The notes under the pieces were generated by a model that was not told the origin of the DNA, did not search any database, and was given only the letters and a program-made list of their open reading frames with translations. A stretch of DNA of 64,000 nucleotides from Octopus vulgaris. Lineage: Eukaryota. Position 1 is the stretch's first letter; each line of letters starts with the position of its first letter. Below, piece after piece: positions 53,849 through 64,000 of the stretch. The stretch spans positions 31,310,001 through 31,374,000 of the forward strand of contig OX597815.1 in the NCBI GenBank assembly GCA_951406725.2. The letters are read 5' to 3'. Made by a program: the position numbers and the translations under genes.

Positions 53849-54118
53849 AAAACAATTGCAGCGTGGAAAGTGTTTATAAGCCATTTAAGAAACACACAAA
53901 AACCGTTAGATTCACTTCAACATTTAAATTTAATTTGCCAAAATATTTTCGTCGCTTTGAGACCGCGACCTCTTCACTGACAAAATTCCATGATCAGGTC
54001 GCGGTCCCAAAGCGACGAAAATAATTTGGCAAATTAAATTTAAATGTTGAAGTGAATCTAACGGTTTTTGTGTGTTTCTTAAATTGCTTATAAACACCTT
54101 CCACACTGCAATTGTTTT
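53849..54118. repeat. Long inverted repeat (~123-bp arms, ~24-bp spacer), probably Penelope pLTR-like
   Basis: 53849-53971 is a near-perfect reverse complement of 53996-54118. Confidence 0.9.
53934..53984 (-). ncRNA. Minimal type I hammerhead-like fold with variant core
   Basis: TTTGTCA GTGAAGA G GTCGC ggtctcaaa GCGAC GAA AATATT T TGGCAAA: stems I and II plus palindromic stem III; core position 3 is G rather than C. Confidence 0.45.
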
Positions 54119-54564
54119 TTTGGTTTTTTTTCAATCACTTGGGTCACAGTATTTGTTTTCCATTTGATAAGTAGTTAATCGATTGATAAGTATGTTTGTG
54201 TTTATGTATGTATGTATGTATGTATGTATGTATGTATGTATGTATGTATGTATGTATGTATGTATGCATGTGTGTATGTAATGCAGGTGTGTTATGTACG
54301 AATGTATGTATGTATGTGTGTGTGTATGTATGCATGTGTTATAAATGAATGTCTATAGGGGCAGACATAGCAAGCACGTGGTTCCGCGTTCAGTCCTATT
54401 CCGCAGCACCTTGGGCAATTAGCATGTATTACAGCCCGGGACGACCAAAGCCTTGTGAGTGAATTTGGTTGACGGAAACTGTGTGGCATCCTCATCGAAT
54501 GTGTATGTGTGCATGTGTGTTTTTGCAATAGAAGTGAAAAACTAGTATATATATACATATTTAT

Positions 54565-54955
54565 AAGGAAAACTTACTTGGAAAAGGATGCGTAGCGTTC
54601 GATCATATAATATAAATAATATATATATGCATATACACATACATATATGTACATACCTACATCTATATGTATATATATATACATGCATATATGAGTACAG
54701 GACATAAAAAAAACGTTGAACACAATGAGAAACGAAAACATAAAAACAAAAATATGGAAACGAACTTTTTTTCAAACAACGAAAAAACAGAGTACAAAAC
54801 ATACAACACAAGGAATATTCTCCTTCTTCAGTTGTCCCTGTTTCGTCTACTCCGCGTTCTGAAGGTAAGGACAAGACGCGACTTCGTTCAAACAGTCCTT
54901 CCCGCGAAGCAAATTAAATAAAATTTGGGATTTTTTGCGGAGGGGTAAAAGTGGT
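54565..54955 (-). repeat. Unclassified interspersed repeat family E
   Basis: Homologous to 51870-52330 and 37441-37700. Confidence 0.8.
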
Positions 54956-54974
54956 ACTATATATATATATATTG

Positions 54975-55220
54975 TGCCCTTTTTTAAAGACTAGCCAGGC
55001 TCATGGGCCCGGTTTCTCCGTTTCTATGACGTATGTGTTCCCCAGCTGGACAGGACACCAGTCCACCGCAGCGTTACTCATTTTTGCCAGCTGAGTGGAC
55101 TGGGCAACGTGAAATGAAGTGTTTTGCTCAAGAACACAACGCGTTGCCCGGTCCCGGAATCGAAACCACATTCTTACGATCATAATGCTGACACCCTAAC
55201 CACTAAGCCACGAGTCTCCA
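54975..55220 (-). mobile_element. tRNA-headed SINE related to family D
   Basis: Head GTGGCTTAGTGGTTAGGGTGTCAGC...GGTTTCGATTCC; TGTTCTTGAGCAA...CACTCAGCTG body shared with 58723-58935. Confidence 0.75.
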
Positions 55221-55541
55221 CTTATATATATATATTGGAAGGTGGTAATTTATATATGTATGAGCGGTTTTCGATTGTGTATATTTTCCTTCGCCACAGC
55301 TTGAAAACCAGTCTTGATCTGTTTCTGCTCTCGTAACATAGCGGTTAGGGAAATGGGCCGACACAATCAGTACCAAATTCAACCTTGCCCCACTCCCAAT
55401 AGGTACTGGAGTCAATCTGTTCGATTAATCCTTTCAAGTCGTTGCCCCACCAAGGCCGCAGTTCAGTGACGGAAATAAGTTAAAAAGAAAAGATAAAAGA
55501 CGCATACATACGTATGAGAGTATAGGGGTGACATATTTAAG

Positions 55542-55647
<106 letters not shown>

Positions 55648-55995
55648 TGTTTCTTTCTTAGCCACACAGGGCTGCACACAGACAGGACAAATTACAAGGT
55701 AGAGCTTTTCTTTTGGGGATAAAAAAAAAGGGGGTTTGGTTTTCGATCAAAAGGGATCGTAAAAGGAAAGAAAGAGTACAAAAAAGGGGGGGGGGGGATA
55801 AAAAAATAGATAAATAAATAAAAAAGGTGGGGAGGGAAAGGAAAAAAAATTGATCAATAGGGATCGTTATCACAGAAATGTCAATATGAAGTGTAAAGGG
55901 GAGGACAGGTGAGGTTTACCCGTGGAAAGAAAAGCCTACGGAAAAGACCACGGTAACCTCGGTCAATGAAGTCACATGTTATATTTCTTTTTTTT
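55648..55995 (-). mobile_element. Probable 3' UTR of a non-LTR retrotransposon with an A1-like tail, within (GATA)n
   Basis: TTTCTTTCTTAGCCACACAGGGCTGCACACAGACAGGACAA resembles SINE-A1 and 6553-6610 tails. Confidence 0.5.
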
Positions 55996-55999
55996 GCAA

Positions 56000-56041
<42 letters not shown>

Positions 56042-56151
56042 GTGTGTGTTTGTATGTGTGTATGATAAGAAACTTGTTTCCCAACTACATGATCCTGGTT
56101 TCACTCCATCGGGTCGACCAAACTTTGTAAGTGGAAACCCATCGTATATAT

Positions 56152-56185
<34 letters not shown>

Positions 56186-56448
56186 TTGTGTGTGTCTGTG
56201 TTTGTATCTCTCCCCCACCGCCATCGTATGACAACCGATGCTCGTGTGTGTATGACTCCGAAACTTAGCAGTTCGACAAAAGACACCGATAGAATAAGTA
56301 CTAGGCTTGCAAAGAATAAGTCCTGGGGGCGATTTCATCGACTAAAACCAGCTAAGAGGGAGAATGTGGTGATAAAAAAACAGAAAGGAAGCAACAGAAT
56401 GTAACAACCACACTCTTACCCGCGCGTAGAGCGGGCCACCTTTAGCTA

Positions 56449-56536
<88 letters not shown>

Positions 56537-56538
<2 letters not shown>

Positions 56539-56910
56539 GTGTGGTAAGAAGCTTACTTACCAACCACATGGTTCCGGGTTCAGTCCCACCTCGTAGCACC
56601 TTGGGCAAGTGTCTTCTACTATAGCCTCAGGCGACCAAAGCATTGTAAGTAGATTTGGTAGGCGAAAACTGAAAGAATCCTACCGTATATGTTTGCGTGC
56701 GTGTGTGTGCCTGCGAGTCTATGTCTGTCCCCCCCCCCCCCCAACATCGCTTGACAACCGATGTTGATGTGTTTACGTCCCCGTAACGTAGCGGTTCAGC
56801 ATAAAAGACCGATAGAATAAGCACTAGGCTTACAAAGAATAAATCCTGGGGTCGACTAAAGGCGGTGCTCCAGCATGGCTGCAGTCAAATGGCTGAAACA
56901 AATAAAAGAA
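56537..56910 (+). mobile_element. SINE family B
   Basis: Match to the family B copies. Confidence 0.85.
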
Positions 56911-56968
56911 TATATGTGTTTATCTACACAGACACGGACACACACACGCACACACACACACACACACA

Positions 56969-57020
<52 letters not shown>

Positions 57021-57471
57021 AATGGAAAGGTGAGAGGCGTGGTGGTACGGGATGAAGAGACCGATACAAGCGTTGGTGATAATGCGTTGGATTGCAAAGC
57101 TTGATGTAACGTGGCATGACTCCCGAATGTAAATTAAGTTGCTAAGACTGACATGCGTGAGAGATATAGCGAGATAGAAGGATACGTGAACGCGAGATAA
57201 ACAGGTAGATAAACATTGAAGCACAACAGTCTAATGACTGACTGTTGCCAGATTGAATGAGAGTCTGATATTTGAACTGGCTGATACGCGCACACATGCA
57301 CTATATATTATATAAATATACGTACACACACACACACGCACACACGCACGCACGCACACACACACACACATACACACACACACACACACATTATAATACA
57401 TGTGTGTTTGTGTGTATACATATATATATATATGTGTGTCCTATATAGGGAAAGCCTATAAGTCCTATATA

Positions 57472-57508
<37 letters not shown>

Positions 57509-57519
57509 GCTTGTGTGTG

Positions 57520-57944
57520 TACTCTTTTACTCTTTTCTTTTACTTGTTTCAGTCATTTGACTGCGGCCATGCTGGAGCACCGCCTTTTAGTCCAGTAAAT
57601 CGACCCCAGGACTTATTCTTTGTAAGCCTAGTACTTATTCTATAAGTCTCTTTTGCTGAACCGCTAAGTTACGGGGACGTAAACACACCACCGTCGGTTG
57701 TGAAGCGGTGTTGGGGGAAAAACACATACACACACATACATACATATATATATATATATTTTTTTTTTTTCCTCTGTCCTCCCGTCTCGGGATCTTTCTT
57801 TCTCCTATGTTTCCGACGAAGAGCTCCGCTCGAAACGTCAAACCCTCCTTCTTCCCTTCTTTCCTGAGCGTCCAATAATACTTTATTTGTTCCACATCCT
57901 TGCGTTGTTGTCTTTTTGTTTTCTTGTTTGGATTAACTTTATAT

Positions 57945-57993
<49 letters not shown>

Positions 57994-58146
57994 TATATAT
58001 ATATTTACGACGGGCTTCTTTCAGTTTCCGTCTACCATATCCACTCACAAGGCTTTGGTCGGCCCGAGGCTATAGTAGAAGACACTTGCCCAAGGTGCCA
58101 CGCAGTGGGACTGAACCCGGAACCGTGTGGTTGGTAAGCAAGCTTA
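57520..58146 (-). mobile_element. SINE family B carrying a ~180-bp insertion in its internal microsatellite
   Basis: 3' half 57520-57725 and 5' half 58007-58146 flank the insert at 57760-57940. Confidence 0.85.
57809..57843 (+). ncRNA. Minimal type I hammerhead ribozyme fold (Penelope pLTR type), U4C core variant
   Basis: GTTT CCGACGA A GAGC tcc GCTC GAA ACGT C AAAC: stem I GTTT/AAAC, stem II GAGC/GCTC, palindromic stem III ACGT, GUC cleavage triplet. Confidence 0.65.
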
Positions 58147-58147
58147 C

Positions 58148-58199
<52 letters not shown>

Positions 58200-58214
58200 A
58201 TGTGTGTGTACATT

Positions 58215-58603
58215 CTTATACTTGTTTCAGTCATTTGACTGCAGCCATGCTAGAGCACCACCTTTAGTCGAACAAATTGAGCCCATGAATTATTCTTTGT
58301 AAGCCTAGTACTTATTCTATCGCTATCTTTTGCTGAACCGCTAAGTTGTGGGAACGTAAACACACCAACATCGGTTTTCAAACGGATGGAGGGGTGACAA
58401 ACACAGCCACAGAGACACTCACATAAATATATACATATATATATTTACGTATACGACGGGCTTCTTTCTGTTTCTAGCTAGCAAATCCACCCACCAGGGT
58501 TTAGTCGGCCCGAGGCTATTGTATAAGGTGTCAAGCAATGTGACTGAACCTGGAAGCGAGTGGTTGGGAAGCGAGCTTCTTATTACACAGCCACTCATGC
58601 GCC
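58215..58603 (-). mobile_element. SINE family B, diverged
   Basis: Reverse-complement match to family B. Confidence 0.8.
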
Positions 58604-58620
58604 TAAGCCCCTTGTGGGTA

Positions 58621-58979
<359 letters not shown>

Positions 58980-59499
58980 CTGTGTGTGTGTATATATATG
59001 TATATATATAGAAATATATATATACATATATATATACATATCCACATGTGTGTTTGTATGCATGGATGTATGTATGTATAATGTTCGACGGGTTTCCATT
59101 CTTTCTTTCTACCAAATTCACTGACACAGCATTGGTCAACCCGGGACGTTAGTATGATGCACTTGCTTAACTGTACCGCGCAATGGGACTGAAGGCGAAA
59201 CCACGTGGTCGTATACTAAGCTTCTTAAGCTCATAGCCAATCATACCTGTATCTCTCTTTCTCTCTCTCTCTCTCTCAATATATTTATATATATATGTGT
59301 GTGTGTGGGTGGGTGTGTATAACTATACATACACACACACACATATAAATATACATGTATATATATTTATATATATGCATGTATATTTATATATATTTAT
59401 ATATATATATATTTATATATATGCATATATATATATATGTATATATATGTATACCACACACACACACATATATATATATACACGTTTGTGTGTGTGTGT

Positions 59500-59706
59500 G
59501 TATGTTTGTGTGTGTGTTTGTCCCCCCAACGTCGCTTGACAATCGATGCTGGTGTGTTTACGTCCCCGTCACTTAGCGGTTCGGCAAGAGAGACCGATAG
59601 AATAAGTACTAGGCTGACGAAGAATAAGTCCTGGGGTCGATTTGCTCGACTAAAAGGCGGTGCTCCAGCATGGCCACAGTCAAATGACTGAAACAAGTAA
59701 AAGAGT
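59500..59706 (+). mobile_element. SINE family B, 3' half
   Basis: Match to family B 3' domain and tail. Confidence 0.85.
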
Positions 59707-60044
59707 ATATGTATATACATATATGCGCGCACGCACAGACAGACAGACATATATATATATGTATATATATACATTGAGAGAGAGAGAGAGAGAGAGAGAT
59801 GTAAGATATAAAAACAGACATAAAGTCCTGCATAAAGTAAAATGGATCTCTGTTGGAAGATCCTGATTAAAGCTGTTGGATCAAATGAACAACTTACTCC
59901 TTGAATTATAGAATTCTTCAGTCACATGCTACCCCGACTCTCTTAAGCGTAATTAGCAGAAGGTGTCATCGAGTTTAGATGGAGACTTGAACTTAATGAT
60001 TGCCGAGAAAGATTCGCACCTACTCGAGCATGCCGGCGACAACA

Positions 60045-60105
<61 letters not shown>

Positions 60106-60353
60106 CTTTGGACGCTTGTACATACACAAGCACATACACACACACGCTCGTTCTTTAGTTTGTTTTCACTACCATAGCGAAGGCCATTCAGGGGAACCGC
60201 CGTCATGTGTCTAGTGAGCGTGTTTGTATATATGCGAGTCGGAACGTGTGTGCGTAATACTTGTATTAAATAATTATACATGCATACATACGTACATTTA
60301 TGCTTACATATATATATAGAGAGAGAGAGAGGTAGATAGATAGATAGACAGAT

Positions 60354-60445
<92 letters not shown>

Positions 60446-60468
60446 AAACAGACAGAAGGCAGGCAGAC

Positions 60469-60533
<65 letters not shown>

Positions 60534-60580
60534 TAGAGAGGGAGAGATTGATAGATAGATAGATAGATAGATATTATATA

Positions 60581-60626
<46 letters not shown>

Positions 60627-60737
60627 TGTGTACTTTGCTATAAATGTGTGTAATTCTTGTACTAACAAAAATATATATTTATAGACAGAGAGTGGGGGGG
60701 ATGCGAAGGAAAAGTAGAAGAGATAGAGATGTAAGAT

Positions 60738-60773
<36 letters not shown>

Positions 60774-60885
60774 GGAGAGAGAGTGTGTTGAAGTGAGACA
60801 CACGCACATACAGAGACAATTTATGTGGAGAAAGGCAATTAGTTATATAGTGTGTCGAGATATGAAGAGATAGTATGACATAATG

Positions 60886-61243
<358 letters not shown>

Positions 61244-61618
61244 TGGATGGAGGTATGTCCGTAGTAGGTAAGATAGTTACGTTGATGGACCATGTGAGAG
61301 AGATAAAGTGAATTGAAATGGAACAGTTTTTTTGTTATTGTTTAGGCCAGTCCTGACTAAAGACACTTTAGATGAACATTATTCCAGCCATGACCACCAC
61401 TCCGTCTTATTTGTAAAAAATAGATTATTTTTTTGTTTTGTTTTGATGAATGTGTTTTTCCTTTCATTTATGATGGTAATGAGTGATTTGAGAGAAAAAA
61501 TCTAGCTGTTATTTCCTGATAAATGTAGCGAACACGTTGATGATGCACCCTCGCTTCGGAAAAGCTGTTGCTGTTATGAGCGGTACTGGTGTGGCTGCAG
61601 CGTAGCTGAATGAAATCT

Positions 61619-61659
<41 letters not shown>

Positions 61660-61968
61660 ACGCACACATACACACATGCGCGCGGGCTTTGTGTATAGTC
61701 AGACACACGCGCACAGTTCCAGAGACGTGCATTCGGGGGGGGGGGAGTGAACGTGCGTGCGTGCGTGCGTGCGTGCAACTGAACAGCCCCAGAAAAGGAG
61801 AAAAAGAGATGAAAAAGAAAGAAAAAAATAATAATAATAATAAATAAATGATAAATAAATAAATAAATAAATAAAAGGCGATATTTTATAAGGAGAGTAT
61901 AATAGAGCGAGAGAGAGAGAGAGAGAGAGAGAGAAAGTGAGAGTGAGTGAGAAAGAAAGAGAGCAGTG

Positions 61969-62347
61969 GAAGAAGAAGAAGAAGAAGAAGAAATAGAAGA
62001 AGAAGAAGAAGAAGAAGAAGGAGAAGAAGGAGAAGAAGAAGAAGAAGAAATAGAAGAAGAAAAGAAGAAGAAATAGAAGAAGAAATAGAAGGAGAAGAAG
62101 AAAGAGAAGAAGAAGAAAAAGAAGAAGAAAGAAGAAGGAGAAGAAGAAGAAGAAGAAGAAGAAGAAGAAGAAGAAGAAGAAGAAGAAGAAGAAGAAGAAG
62201 AAGAAGAAGAAGAAGAAGAAGAAGAAGAAGAAGAAGAAGAAGAAGAAGAAGAAGAAGAAGAAGAAGAAGAAGAAGAAGAAGAAGAAGAAGAAGAAGAAGA
62301 AGAAGAAGAAGAAGAAGAAGAAGAAGAAGAAGAAGAAGAAGAAGAAA
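61969..62347. repeat. Long (GAA)n polypurine tract
   Basis: Direct inspection. Confidence 0.95.
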
Positions 62348-64000
62348 ATGTGTGCACGAAAACAAAAACATTAAAAAAAGAAGGCATTCTGATGCCGGTC
62401 GTGAAGACGTAGTAATAAATTTACTAGAGAATAAAGAAAAAAGAGAGAAAGAACGGAACTGAGAGAAAGTGAGTGAGTAAGTAAGGGAGAATAGACATAC
62501 AACAATAACATAAACACGCCGCAACGCCTTATCTACTACTACTACTACTACTACTATTACTGCTGCTGCGACTATTATTACAACTACTATTACTGCTAGA
62601 TTGCTGGGGAAGATATGAAGGAGGGGGAGGAAGAAGAAACATGCTGTCCGGCTTTGAAATAACTTTGCATTCAAAACTAGCGCTCGCTCTGCTTTTTCTT
62701 TAAAAACTACAAACAGTCGGCTTTTGTTTTGATTTGTTTTTTGTCTTTTGTTTTATTATTATTATTATTATTGTGTTAAGGGACCCGATTTTTAACACTC
62801 TTACTATTCCCCGCTTTCTATAGGACTAACAACGACAGCGGCGATGATGATGATGATGATGATGATAATTATTAGGGACGACGGTTAACAGTAACAGTAA
62901 ACTCCAGTTTCATTTCAACATGTTAACCCGTTCCGAGCAAACAAAAAAAAAAAGGGCAAGCTAAGACTTTCAGCAGTGGCAACTAAATTACAACAACAAC
63001 AGCAGCAGCAGCAGCAGCAATAACGATAATCATAACAGCAAACAGCAACAACAATAGGATGAAGACTTAAGTGCTCGCTTCTTAGTCGGGACAGAAAAAA
63101 TTTCTTTTCGGAATTAACCACATTAATAATTTGCAACAGTTCTATATACGGCTTTAATCACAAACAACATTAAATTGTGGAGACGTATGATGAGTACATC
63201 TAAACACAACATTAAACAACAAATGTAACAGTATATATATATATATATATTAATAACTTTTAGTAGGCAGGTCTCAGAACTTCCCCCAACGCACACACGT
63301 ATAAACACCACGCTCACTCTTTCAGAGAAAAAGTTTACCAAAAAAAAACAAAAAAAACATTACGAAATTAGCATGCAACAACAATAATTATAACGGTTAA
63401 AGAGCCTCGAGTCGTTTCGTGGCATCAAACTACAAGCAAACTATATAACAACGATAGCAACAATTATTATCAATCAAGCTACGCCCTCCATTACAAGTTG
63501 GGCCCTTATTATTTTTTTTTTTAAACAAGCCAAAAAAAAAAAAAAATATCATTAAAAAAAAAAAAACAAGGTCGGAAAAAGTATACAAAATAAACCACCA
63601 ACATTTATTAATACCAAACAGGAGTAACCAATTCGTTACCAGCTGACTAAAAAAAACCAGTTTGGGGAATTTTACCATAAGCGCCGGTTAACTTGGATAT
63701 ATGTATAAACGCACGCAGGACAGCAGAGGGAGCCTTTAAAGGAGTACACAGACATCACTACGAGCAACAACTACAATAAGAACTGCAAGCAGCTTTTAAA
63801 TAAACTACTGGTACTACTACTACTACTGCTGCTACGACTATTATAAGTTCTAACAAGCCAGGGCCAAGAACGGAAGGAATTATGTACCGCTCTTACAACT
63901 ACTACGACTACTAGCTGCTGCAGGCGAACCCTCATTTTACCCGGACGAGGGGGAAAAGAAAAATGATTTAAAGAACAAACATAACATACCGACAACAACA

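Overview
AT-rich, extremely microsatellite-dense animal genomic DNA, intergenic or intronic. The tRNA-headed SINE families and repeat style point to an octopod cephalopod; this is inference, not a database result. I cannot support any intact host protein-coding exon, and most ORFs in the track are translations of simple repeats. The window is a mosaic of mobile elements: four SINE families (called A-D here), 5'-truncated restriction-like-endonuclease (R4/Dong-type) LINEs in (TAA)n tracts, an ORF1-only L1/Tx1-like element, a CR1-type 3' end, a decayed Gypsy element, Helitron remnants plus one complete non-autonomous Helitron, a Penelope remnant, Tc1/mariner and hAT remnants, and several MITEs with clear TIRs and TSDs. 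The most interesting signals are minimal hammerhead-ribozyme folds in small Penelope-like repeats (57809-57843, and a head-to-head pair at about 53934-54033 hinting at a G3:C8 core variant). Also notable are an ORF1-only retroelement sharing its 3' tail with a SINE and a Merlin-like MITE whose empty site has a paralogue in the same window. The last ~2.5 kb lacks recognisable transposons and may be a promoter or UTR of a gene outside the window.
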